63,957 nucleotides of DNA, filler included, from Octopus bimaculoides (GCF_001194135.2; 9 parts of 9 records of this genome joined end to end with filler, not necessarily neighbours in it); one strand, 5' to 3'. Positions 51,298-63,334 are shown, counted from the whole stretch's first letter. Translations and numbers: made by a program. The notes: generated by a model from the sequence alone, not told the origin.

Positions 51298-52901
51298 CTG
51301 AAAAAGATTTAATACAATTATTGTTTACTCTGTTGTGACGATTTAATGTTGTTTATTGCTTTTAGCTATGTATCGTTACCAAAAACTTGGTCTTTGGACT
51401 CACCTTTAATATGCTATATGCGAAAATATCTGATTTTGTTTTACATATGTTGCGAAACATAAATTCGTAGGAACGGAACAAAGTAGACTTTTGAAGTAGC
51501 CTAAGTAAATGCTGGATTTTTGTAATATATTTTGTCTGCTCTGGAAAGATGAGAAATGAATGTCGATTCATTCCAGTAATATAAACATAAATGGATGAAT
51601 TTAAAAGCCGTAAGATCAATTTCGGTGCTCTGTCATTTCTGCCACTCTACATCCTTTAATAACATCCATAAACTCACACCTAGATTTGATTTAGCAGTAA
51701 CTAGGCATCCCATAGTACAGCCAGTCTTAAGTAACCTTCACATTCGACTTTATGTTATTTTCTTCAATTTTGTCCTTTCATAGCCTATCTCTTATCTTAT
51801 TTATAATGTACATCTTACATATAGTATTTTATCAGACCATCTCATATCCTATCCTATTCTATCCTATCTTATCTATCTTGCATTATCTGATCTTATTACA
51901 ACTCTTCAATAAAGATTCTTTGATTTACTAAGGTCAGTTTAATCCTTAAAAAATTGTCTTGTGTCTAAAGGAGAGACCAAAATTAGTTTTTCACGGTACA
52001 GACGAGATGGTCGAAGGTATAAGCATTGGGTTATCTTCTCATGGATCATGAGTTCAAATTATAGAGTTTATGTGCCACCTAGAAATAGACGACATACAAA
52101 CTCTACAAATCTATAACAGATACATATCATCTTGAGAACTAGACACTACTTCACACCCGAACAGTTATAACGTAATGTACAATTGTTGAGCGAACAATCT
52201 TTGAGAAAAGCTAACATATCTAAAGGAAAATATTCTATTACAAATATTCAGATAAGTTAGACTATAAGTTAGTTTGTGTGTCATCCCTTTGTTTCTTCTA
52301 TTGTTGCTGCAACAGTCTAATCTATGAGACAACAAACTATTTTATACAAAATTCAATTTTCACATGAACTGCATCAAACACACTAAGTCAATAATTACGG
52401 TCTTTAATTCCACTTTACTTTAGTGATAAGAAATAAAAATTAAAAAATCTTGCTGGATACGACTAGATTATTTCAGGTAGCTATTCTCACGTGAAGAATT
52501 AACCTCAACTGCAAGCCTCATAAAAGTAATGATGGTGCTTACAGCTGTGAACTATGTTTCTTGAAGGGCCTCTTAAATGAATTCAGATGACTCAGATGTT
52601 GAAATTTAAGTAACTTGATCACAAACTCAGTGCAATGCTTGTGACAGAACATAAGTGAGGCGACTTCTACGTGGTCTATCGGCATGCTAGAAATAGCTGC
52701 CTACTCCCTCAAATTTCACCCTGCTTTCATAAAAACAAAAAATACGTCCTGGGTACGCTAAGTCTGAAAACGGTTCTAACATCGTTGACCACATATTTGT
52801 TTAACTACAGCTAAACGTCAGCTAGTTACCCGACACGTCTCTCATGGTTTCATTCTCTCGCAGCAAAAATTCAATGAAGATAATTATGTAATCATACTTA
52901 C

Positions 52902-52970
52902 ATCATAAAGCATTCCTCCAAATAGGGGGGCAGTTGAGAAACCAAGCCCAGTTGCAGTCAAATGCAAACC
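52902..52970 (-). CDS. SLC18B1: SLC18B1-like MFS transporter, internal exon a (GLHLTATGLGFSTAPLFGGMLYD)
   Basis: Acceptor tgtatttcag, donor GAT|gtaagt, 69 nt, phase 0-0. Peptide aligns to the SLC18B1 segment GSLETFSGLGLILGPPVGGFLYQ (human sequence recalled from memory, not searched). Confidence 0.85.
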
Positions 52971-53128
52971 CTGAAATACATTTAAACACAGTAACTGTGG
53001 AAATTCAGAAGATACTAATCTGGTTTTGTAAGAAAATTATGTTTTGAAATATTTTCTTAAAAGTGAATATCTTTACTTAGATGTAACATTCTCAAAATTT
53101 ACACAATCTCTTAATTGTCTCATCCCGT

Positions 53129-53210
53129 AAAGAATGATATAATCTCAAATGCATCATTCCCTAAAATGTATCCGTACTAAAAATGCGATATTCCTTAAAA
53201 TTTCATTTTT
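53129..53210 (-). pseudogene. Possibly disrupted upstream exon of the SLC18B1-like gene (KNEILRNIAFLVRI / frameshift / LGNDAFEIISFF)
   Basis: Strong acceptor (ttgttttgtcaatttatcgccattttag). IAFLVRI resembles CFLVRV and LGNDAF..ISF resembles the TM4 pattern, but the two are in different frames and are followed by stops. Confidence 0.4.
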
Positions 53211-53764
53211 CTAAAATGGCGATAAATTGACAAAACAATGAATAAATTTTATATATGGGAAAGATATTTAGTTTTACAATAATATATATTTGACAACCTA
53301 CACAAGGATCATTGGACCAAATCCATGGCTGGCCTTCCATTGTGATTCAGACTAGCATCTTTTATTCTATTAAGCATTGATCCACTTAGGTAACGTATCA
53401 TTGGCTTGAAAATTTTCAAACTAGTATTCCCTAACTTCTATTCTGTACTGGACCCCATTTGCTTAGAGCTTCCATTACCAATAAAATATTTCTGTATGTT
53501 TCCTAACTCACTGTAACGTTCCAGTCACTATTATCGTCGTTTATTTATACACAAACCTATATCTACACATAATTTCTGGAATATGAAACACATACTACAT
53601 CATAACTCAAACTTTATACTTGAGTGTGTGTCTGTGCTCGTATATATCCGATGGTGTTTGAGTGGTTACGAAATAATTTGAAATATCTATATATTAATAC
53701 GCTAATGACGAAATGCGATATGCTGTCACGTGTTTAGTTGAAGGAAAAGGCGAAGAATGAGAAA

Positions 53765-54325
<561 letters not shown>

Positions 54326-54349
54326 AAATGTTTAGCAGAGGGAAATTTT

Positions 54350-54623
54350 AAACATCATATATTGTTCAGTTCTATATTTAAGAGATGAGGAATTATTTAC
54401 ATTATTTACATTATTTACATTTGACGGATATTTGTCCTCATCTTGTTTGTTGTCAACACAACGTTTCGGCTGATATACCCTCCAGCCTTCGTCAGGTGTC
54501 TTGGGGAAATTTCGAACCTGGGTTCTCATTCCTAACGATGTTACTATTATTATATTATTATTATTATTATTATTACTATTATTAATCAGGTCGCTGCCGT
54601 GAATCGAACTCGGAACCTTGGGG
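54350..54623 (-). mobile_element. Short non-coding element: tRNA-like B-box head, (AAT)n linker, hammerhead-like motif, AT-rich tail
   Basis: Minus strand reads aaccccaaggttccgAGTTCGATTCacggcagcgacctg, then (AAT)n, then ...GACAC CTGACGA A GGCTG gagggtatat CAGCC GAAAC GTT GTGTT..., then a (TGTAAATAA)3 tail. Confidence 0.65.
54455..54500 (-). ncRNA. Minimal type I hammerhead ribozyme-like motif
   Basis: Core CUGACGA...GAAA intact. Stem II GGCTG/CAGCC (5 bp), stem I GACAC/GTGTT, palindromic ACGT at stem III, candidate GUU cleavage triplet. One extra A after the CUGANGA box. Confidence 0.6.
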
Positions 54624-54739
54624 TTACCCTATGTGAAAGGCCTCTCCGAAAAGATACAAAAGATATGCGGCCCATATGACATCAGGGCAGTATTCAAGAG
54701 CAATACAACACTTCGCAAATATCTCCTTCGGGTAAAACC
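54624..54739 (+). mobile_element. Penelope-like RT C-terminal (thumb/linker) fragment LPYVKGLSEKIQKICGPYDIRAVFKSNTTLRKYLLRVK
   Basis: Open frame 54624-54737 with the LPYV-G-SE-I motif that precedes the GIY-YIG domain in PLEs; truncated by a spacer. Confidence 0.8.
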
Positions 54740-54839
54740 NNNNNNNNNNNNNNNNNNNNNNNNNNNNNNNNNNNNNNNNNNNNTTAATTAATTAANNNNN
54801 NNNNNNNNNNNNNNNNNNNNNNNNNNNNNNNNNNNNNNN
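54740..54839. other. Artificial scaffold spacer
   Basis: Same 44+12+44 structure. Confidence 0.95.
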
Positions 54840-55062
54840 GTGTGTGTGTGTGTGTGTGTGTGTGTATAACAACAATAACGACAATCGATAGAAAAAGGCT
54901 ACAACAACGACAACCACTCAGGAAGGGGTTTCCTGTGAAGTAANNNNNNNNNNAAGGCTACAACAACGACAACCACTCAGGAAGGGGTTTCCTGTGAAGT
55001 AATTTCCTAAAAAGAACAACGTCAACATAATTTTAACATAAACATATACATATAAGGCCACT

Positions 55063-55243
55063 CGTGGAGGCGCAATGGCCCAGTGATTAGGGCAGCGGAC
55101 NNNNNNNNNNNNNNNNNNNNNNNNNNNNNNNNNNNNNNNNNNNNNNNNNNNNNNNNNNNNNNNNNNNNNNNNNNNNNNNNNNNNNNNNNNNNNNNNNNNN
55201 NNNNNNNNNCCGGCAGGGGATGGTGGCGAACCCTGCTGTACTC
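55063..55243 (+). mobile_element. Family C SINE, gapped copy (another head at 55750-55801)
   Basis: gtggaggcgcaatggcccagtgattagggcagcggac...cggcaggggatggtggcgaaccctgctgtactc matches 13051-13210. Confidence 0.8.
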
Positions 55244-56866
55244 AGAGATTGTCAGTTGTTCCGCGGATGTGGGATCACGATCCTTTTCCCCCAACTAGAG
55301 TTTTAAAACCTAGGAGCACAAGATCTGTTTTCTCCTGAATTTTGCTAAATGGAGTATCCATGCTATCATCACCACCAACCACCACCTGTACAGCTAAAAC
55401 ATGTCCCAACCACAATCCAGCATTGGCATCATCATTAATAACTTTCAGCATCACCTTTACCACTGCCACTCCCATAAAAAGAATCACAAAAATACCTGCC
55501 ACATTGGCTNNNNNNNNNNNNNNNNNATAACCAGCTCTACTCCCTTCCGACAATCCATGCATCATATATGATACACGGTCTCAACCTTTGGTTTTTTCAA
55601 CCACCAGAATAACTTTTCATACTTTTCAGAACGTAACATAAAGAAAGGCTAAATAAAAGTCTAAAAACTAGTGTGGAACTTCAGGACAAACATATGAACA
55701 GGCTTTGGATAGGCAAAGGTTAAATAAATGGGGCGTACATATATCTTTGTGGAGGCGCCTTGGCCCAGTGGTTAGGGCAGCGGACTCGCGGTCATAGGGT
55801 CNNNNNNNNNNNNNNNNNNNNNNNNNNNNNNNNNNNNNNNNNNNNNNNNNNNNNNNNNNNNNNNNNNNNNNNNNNNNNNNNNNNNNNNNNNNNNNNNNNN
55901 NNNNNNNNNNNNNNNNNNNNNNNNNNNNNNNNNNNNNNNNNNNNNNNNNNNNNNNNNNNNNNNNNNNNNNNNNNNNNNNNNNNNNNNNNNNNNNNNNNNN
56001 NNNNNNNNNNNNNNNNNNNNNNNNNNNNNNNNNNNNNNNNNNNNNNNNNNNNNNNNNNNNNNNNNNNNNNNNNNNNNNNNNNNNNNNNNNNNNNNNNNNN
56101 NNNNNNNNNNNNNNNNNNNNNNNNNNNNNNNNNNNNNNNNNNNNNNNNNNNNNNNNNNNNNNNNNNNNNNNNNNNNNNNNNNNNNNNNNNNNNNNNNNNN
56201 NNNNNNNNNNNNNNNNNNNNNNNNNNNNNNNNNNNNNNNNNNNNNNNNNNNNNNNNNNNNNNNNNNNNNNNNNNNNNNNNNNNNNNNNNNNNNNNNNNNN
56301 NNNNNNNNNNNNNNNNNNNNNNNNNNNNNNNNNNNNNNNNNNNNNNNNNNNNNNNNNNNNNNNNNNNNNNNNNNNNNNNNNNNNNNNNNNNNNNNNNNNN
56401 NNNNNNNNNNNNNNNNNNNNNNNNNNNNNNNNNNNNNNNNNNNNNNNNNNNNNNNNNNNNNNNNNNNNNNNNNNNNNNNNNNNNNNNNNNNNNNNNNNNN
56501 NNNNNNNNNNNNNNNNNNNNNNNNNNNNNNNNNNNNNNNNNNNNNNNNNNNNNNNNNNNNNNNNNNNNNNNNNNNNNNNNNNNNNACAGCAACCACTGTC
56601 TCACCACCACCATCAACAACAATAACAACTACATCTACACCTCCTAAAAACATCTTGATGACAACAGAAATGAGTCTCAAGTCTGTTCAGAGAAGCCTTT
56701 CTGTAAACATTGGCTTGTTATTAATCGAACGTAGTTACATTTTAGCTTAGAATTGTTTGCATAAGGTTCGATATAAGAGAGCAGTACTGACTGGATCTGG
56801 CATTTGTGACGTTTGTGAAGATTGAGTGGTAGTCGAAGTCACTACTGAATTGAGTGAACAATTCAG

Positions 56867-56966
56867 NNNNNNNNNNNNNNNNNNNNNNNNNNNNNNNNNN
56901 NNNNNNNNNNTTAATTAATTAANNNNNNNNNNNNNNNNNNNNNNNNNNNNNNNNNNNNNNNNNNNN
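56867..56966. other. Artificial scaffold spacer
   Basis: Same 44+12+44 structure. Confidence 0.95.
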
Positions 56967-57883
56967 AAACCGGTTTAAAAAGACAGCAACAGACTGCAGC
57001 AATTCACCACATTCCAGAAGTTACTTTGAACATAATGCAAAACGGTGCATCATCATCTACTGCCCAATCTGATAGAATTCTGGCAGAACTGTGTAGCGAT
57101 AGATCGCCAGCAATTGCTTCATCACAAATTGCCGTCCTAGCAGCTCCTGCGAAAAGGAATTACCTTGCTATGTATAATCAAGGCAGCGGAAAAAGTTGTT
57201 TTGCACAAGCATTTGTATAGCCAATTAGACGGATGAAATTTACGTACACTTAATAACGTTACACAAAACAGCCTTCAGACTTTCCCTATTAATTTCGTCT
57301 TTTGAATTATGAACATATTTACACCATAAGGGTTTTTTTTCATTGTAAGGCTTTCTTTTTTAGTTGATTTTCACCTAGCAAGACTTATCGTAGATGGCGT
57401 AATAAGTCACACCTGGACAACGTCGGGTTATACTGCTAGTATACTATAATAAGCGTTACATTGTGAGTTCAAATCTCTCCAAGGTCAACTTTTGTCCCCC
57501 TTCGATCAATAGAATATATATCTAGTCAATTCCTGGAATCAACAATATCAACTAATCCACTCCCTCAGAATTGCTGGTCTTGTGCCTCAATGAAAAGCCT
57601 TTGTTTTTTACGCAACTGTTTCCATAATTTATCAAAACAAAAGCATGGGTTGAACAATTACACCATTTTCAATGTAATCTCTGGTTTTGATACTTTTCTT
57701 CCAGATATATAGACACTTGAGTAACATTCGTATTTTAAGGGACCAGCTTTGTTACATTCTGTGATGGGCTGAATCTCCTTGAGAACTTCATTAAGAATAT
57801 GTTAATTTGCATGTTAATTTCATGAGCTGGCTGTTTCATTGATTGGATCAACTTGAAACCTCATTGCCATAACTGACAGAATG

Positions 57884-57915
<32 letters not shown>

Positions 57916-58866
57916 TTGATTAAGAAACACAGCAAGAATGAAATTATCAGATATTTTATAATCAATTTTTATTATCTATACTAACAGAAAGACACCCCTC
58001 CAGGCGGTTTACTGCTATCTCCTTGATAATATTTTCACATTTGATTCTCGATTGTAATAATTTTTATATTTTACGTCTAATTATTTCTTTGTATAATAGT
58101 GATCACTTGCTTAGTAAATACTGCTTTCATTATTTTAGCATAGTCATAATCTCTTTTTTTAAACAAACATCATGGTAGTCTAACAACAGAGGGAGAAGCA
58201 GTTTATCAAGTTTTACTTTCCCCTCAAAGCAACATAGAGGTTTCAATTCAGCAGTCAATCTGTAAGCTTTGCAGTGTGTATGTGTGAGTGAGAGACAGAG
58301 AGAGAGACGGGGAGTGAGAGAACATTGCAAACAGTGAATGAAATAAACATGAAATGAAAAAATTGTATAAATAAAAGGGCATTACTACAGATGTATACGC
58401 CCCCAACTTTGTTGCCTCATAACATACAGAAAAATAGATACTTTTTAACAAAATTTTCTGCAAATACCACTCAGATGTTGTGGCTTCAGAGTATATAGCG
58501 ATGGGTGTCTTTTAATGACAATTTATACAAATCCCTTTCAAACAGCATAGATTACGATTATAAAGAAATTTGCAAGTATATCTACAGACAACTTTTCGGT
58601 GGGTTCAAAAATTATATACCCCGCTACTCCTAATTTTCCATGATAGGTCAGGGCCTGAAATCCTCAAAAGGGACATACTGCATATCGTTTAGTCGAATTA
58701 GACCATCATTTACTCCAAACATGTTTTGTTATCAATGCTGCACTTTCCTGTATCACCAGTTTCAACATAACTGATATATAAATACAAACTATACCATTTT
58801 AATCCTGAGCAACGCTGAGTATCTCTGCTAGTAATCATATAAAATTGCAATTTAAACACCTTCTTT

Positions 58867-58966
58867 NNNNNNNNNNNNNNNNNNNNNNNNNNNNNNNNNN
58901 NNNNNNNNNNTTAATTAATTAANNNNNNNNNNNNNNNNNNNNNNNNNNNNNNNNNNNNNNNNNNNN
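58867..58966. other. Artificial scaffold spacer
   Basis: Same 44+12+44 structure. Confidence 0.95.
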
Positions 58967-59049
58967 GTTGGACCTGAGTTTGCAGCCATTAAGCAACTTT
59001 CGTTTCCGCACATATGATTTTCGTTTCCGCACTTATGATTAATCGATAA

Positions 59050-61200
59050 CGTCAATTCCAGTTCTTGACCGAAACTTTATTTTATCGACTCTGTGAGGAT
59101 GAAAGGCAAAATTGACTTCGGCGGGATTTGAGTGTAAAATGTGAAGAGTTAGAGGAAATACTGCAAAATATTTCGTTCAACGCTCAAATAATTTTGCCAA
59201 TCAAACTTAGGATTCGTTTTTTTATACACCTAGTGTGCGTCTAAATGTAGAAAACTACAATATATTTTGAAAGGGGTTTAAAATAGTACATTTATATGGA
59301 ATAAATGAATCTACCGAGAAAAATAATTAATTTGATATCTGTAAAACACACACACACACACACATTCATACACATACGAGCACGCCATTCTTCGCGACTT
59401 GATGAAATGGATAAGTTATCTCCCCTATCATCCACAACTTCGAAACAACTTCATTAGATAAGAGAAAAAACTGATTGCTCGACCTATGAGAAAGAATAAC
59501 CTAATCTCCCTCAAACCGTAACCTACCAACATACGAAAAGGATTATGTTTGCTTAACGCGATCCTGGGTTGATTCAATGTAAGAACTCATGGGATGGTCA
59601 CAGCTTGGAGGCTTTTGATCATATGTCTACTTAACCAGAGCTGAACAATAGTGAAACAAACTACGCTAGATAAGAAACCCAAGGATAGACAACTGTGCAA
59701 GGACATGATATACGTTTGATATATATTTGTTGTGCATCACCAGTGTGTGAAAGACACCGTATGTGGTCGCACGACCAGCTAAAAATAGCAGCTGAATTAA
59801 CCTGAAACCACAATCTACTCTCTTACTAAAAGAAGAATACATTGGATGATATAATCATAGAGGGACTACGCCATCTAACGATTGAGGTATTTTATCTAGA
59901 ATGTCATGGATTAAATAACATTTTTTTCTACGACAGGCACAAAGCCTGGAATTGTGAAAGAGGAGTCTAATCGATTACAAGTGCTCAACTGGCACTTATC
60001 TTATCAATTCCGAAAGGATAAAAGCAAAGTCGGCCTCAGCGGGATTTGAACTCAGAACGTTGAGCAGGAAGAAACGCCACTCAGCATGTTATCAATGTGC
60101 CAGTTCACAACCTTTATAGGTTAAATAATCCTTTCTTATTTTGGTACATCATCATCATCATCGTTTAACGTCCGCTCTCCATGCCAGCACGGGTTGGATG
60201 ATTTGACTGAGGACCGGTGAAACCGGATGGCAACACCAGGCTCCAATCTAATTTGGCAGAGTTTCTACAGCTGGATGCCCTTCCTAACGCCAACCACTCA
60301 GAGAGTGTAGTGGGTGCTTTTACGTGTCACCTGCACGGAAACGGCCACGCTCGAAATGGTGTCATTTATGTGCCACCCGCACAAGCCAGTCCAGGGGCAC
60401 TGGCAACGATCTCACTCGAAAATCCTACGGGAGCCAGTCAGGCGGTACTGGCAACGGTCACGCTCAAAATGGTGCATCTCATGTGCCACCCGCACAAGAG
60501 CCAGTCCAGGGGCACTGGCAACGATCTTACTTGGCTTGCCGGGTCTTCTCACGCACAGCACATTTCCAAAGGTCTCGGTCAGTAGTCAAGGTCTCGGTCA
60601 GTACAATGCTAGTAATTTTGAGGGGTGAGAAAATCGATGACATTGACCCTGAAAGGATGAATGGTGAAGTTGACCCCCTGTGGAATTTGATCTCAGAACG
60701 TTGACGTAGACGAAATGCTGCTAAGCATTTTGTTAGGCATACTAACGATTCTGCCAGCTTGTAGTCTTTATAGGTTAAATAATAATAATAATTGTTTCTA
60801 GTGTATGCACAAGATCTGAAATTTGGAGGAGGAGGTTAGTCAATTAAATTAACCCCAGTACATTATCTGATCAACCCAGAAGGGATGAAAAGCAAAGCTG
60901 ATCTCATGGAGTTTTGATTTCAGAATGGAAATGCAGTGAGGTATTTTCTCTCTCCAAAATAATCCTGAATCTGCCAATCCACAGCCTAGTTTCAGCAAAG
61001 TGGTTGTTTCTAATGTAGGCTCAATTCTAGTAATTTTGAGAGGAGAGATTATTTGATTAAATCGAATACAATACTTGATTGGTGCTTTATTTGATCGACT
61101 CTGAAAGAAGAAAGGCAAAGTTGACACCAACAGGATTGAGTTCAAAATGTAAAGTGCTGAAACAAATACAGCAAAGCAGTTCAATGTTCTAATGATTTTG
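59050..61200 (-). mobile_element. Run of diverged family B SINEs (about five copies) around the RTE-tailed element
   Basis: gaaaggatgaaaggcaaagttgac...ggatttgaactcagaa motif at ~59090, 60010, 60650, 60880, 61100. Confidence 0.7.
60148..60600 (-). mobile_element. RTE-tailed non-autonomous retroelement with internal ~110-bp tandem duplication (related piece at ~63090-63292)
   Basis: (GAT)n 3' tail and ctggatgcccttcctaacgccaacc motif. The unit acgg.cacgctc.aaatggtg...gtgccacccgcacaag.ccagtccaggggcactggcaacgatct occurs twice. Confidence 0.7.
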
Positions 61201-62074
61201 CCAAATCAACAACAGCTCAAATCATCTCACAAAGTCTGGGCACCTTGTGAATCACTCCTTCCAAATTTACAAATGTGATAATAATACATATTTGATACTT
61301 CTTGAAATCTCCTTCAAATCAAACTGCAACATTATAGGGATAAAGTTGCCCTCTTGGGATTCTTAGACATGATCCTCACTCTGCATACAATGGCTTCTTT
61401 GTTACAGTGTTCATTAAGTGAGCATGTATTATTTCCTCTGCATGAGCAGCCTGTACTTGGTTCGAGAATATAAGCTAAGATTTGTTTCATATTTCATGTG
61501 CAAGTTTAAGAGTTCCTCAGGATATGACTGTTGAATAGTTTTGTATATTTATGTGTGACTGGAAAAGACTTATTTATTAAAGTCATAACGTTTAGAGAAA
61601 ATGAAGGTTTAAGCCAAAAACCTGTCACTAATGTCAATATACCTTTTTAGCAATGTCTGGTGCTGTACAACATTGATATTGAATTGGGTAAACCTTGCTC
61701 TGCTACTACTGCAGTTGTCACTGAGCTATAAGAGGACTTTATTGATATTGTGCCATAGGGAGAGGTAGGAGACTCTTTGTATGTCCCGTTTGATCTTGAC
61801 AGCACATGTTGTTGTGTTTATGTTCCCATAACTTAGCAGTTTGGCAAAATAGATCGATAGAATAAATGCTAGACTTAAAAAAAGTACTGGGGTTGATTCT
61901 ATTTGTTTCAGTCATGAGACTGTAGCCATGCTTGGACACTGCCTTGAAGAACTTTTAGTTGAATGAATCAATCCCAGTACTTTTTTAAGGCTTTGATAGG
62001 CTCAAAGTTATGGTAGAAGACACTTTCCCTAGGTGTCATGCAATGGGGCTGAACCTGGGTGTTGGACTCATGTT

Positions 62075-62250
62075 CATAAGATTTTGGTTTCAATTCCTGG
62101 ACTGGGTGATGCTTTGTGTTCTTGAACAAAACACTTCATTTCACATTGCTCCAATTCACTCAGATGATAAAAATGAGCTATCCTGCGATGGACTGGTGTC
62201 CCATCCAGAAGAGGAATATATATGCTATGGAAGCCAGGACGTTGGTTCCA
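62075..62250 (+). mobile_element. Diverged SINE with CORE-like and V-SINE-like segments
   Basis: gtgttcttgaacaaaacacttcatttcacattgctccaattcactcag...cctgcgatggactggtgtcccatccag. Confidence 0.4.
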
Positions 62251-63295
62251 TGAGTTGATATGACTCATGGAACTTACTCATGAATTTACTTGTACTTTTA
62301 CACACACACTTTTGAATAAGTACATGGATTGAAGTAATTTGAATTATAGTCTTAAGATAAATCTATTGCATCATTTCATTGGATTTGGGCTGATAAAGAA
62401 AAGGACCAATTATGTTAATACCAACACCTGTGACAGTTACAATAAATAGTGACTAATATATGCCCTTATCAGAATAGCATAAGCTAATGGAACACCAAAA
62501 TAAACAGTTGCATTCTTTATCTTGNNNNNNNNNNNNNNNNNNNNNNNNNNNNNNNNNNNNNNNNNNNNNNNNNNNNNNNNNNNNNNNNNNNNNNNNNNNN
62601 NNNNNNNNNNNNNNNNNNNNNNNNNNNNNNNNNNNNNNNNNNNNNNNNNNNNNNNNNNNNNNNNNNNNNNNNNNNNNNNNNNNNNNNNNNNNNNNNNNNN
62701 NNNNNNNNNNNNNNNNNNNNNNNNNNNNNNNNNNNNNNNNNNNNNNNNNNNNNNNNNNNNNNNNNNNNNNNNNNNNNNNNNNNNNNNNNNNNNNNNNNNN
62801 NNNNNNNNNNNNNNNNNNNNNNNNNNNNNNNNNNNNNNNNNNNNNNNNNNNNNNNNNNNNNNNNNNNNNNNNNNNNNNNNNNNNNNNNNNNNNNNNNNNN
62901 NNNNNNNNNNNNNNNNNNNNNNNNNNNNNNNNNNNNNNNNNNNNNNNNNNNNNNNNNNNNNNNNNNNNNNNNNNNNNNNNNNNNNNNNNNNNNNNNNNNN
63001 NNNNNNNNNNNNNNNNNNNNNNNNNNNNNNNNNNNNNNNNNNNNNNNNNNNNNNNNNNNNNNNNNNNNNNNNNNNNNNNNNNNNNNNNATATCATCATCA
63101 TCATTTAACATCTGTTTTACATGCAGGCATGGGTTGGACAGTTTGACTGAGGTTGGAAAAGCCAGCGGCTGCACCAGGCGCCAATCTGACCTGGCATCGT
63201 TTCTACAGCTGGAGCCCTTCTTAATGCCAACCACTCTGGGAGTGTAGTGGGTGCTTTTTACATGCCACCTGCACAGGAGCTAGTCAGGCGATATA

Positions 63296-63332
<37 letters not shown>

Positions 63333-63334
63333 GA

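Noticed and set aside
51404-51540. Exon-like segment with good splice sites and an open frame (QTKYITKIQHLL...SILK)
   Set aside because: Exon a (52902) already supplies the expected residues and phase directly into exon b, and this peptide does not align to SLC18B1. At most a cryptic or alternative exon.
55275-55510. ANVAGIFVILFMGVAV resembling an ionotropic glutamate receptor M4 helix
   Set aside because: Surrounding sequence is low-complexity GGT/GAT-rich, there are no post-M4 basic residues or splice context, and no other iGluR exons are present.
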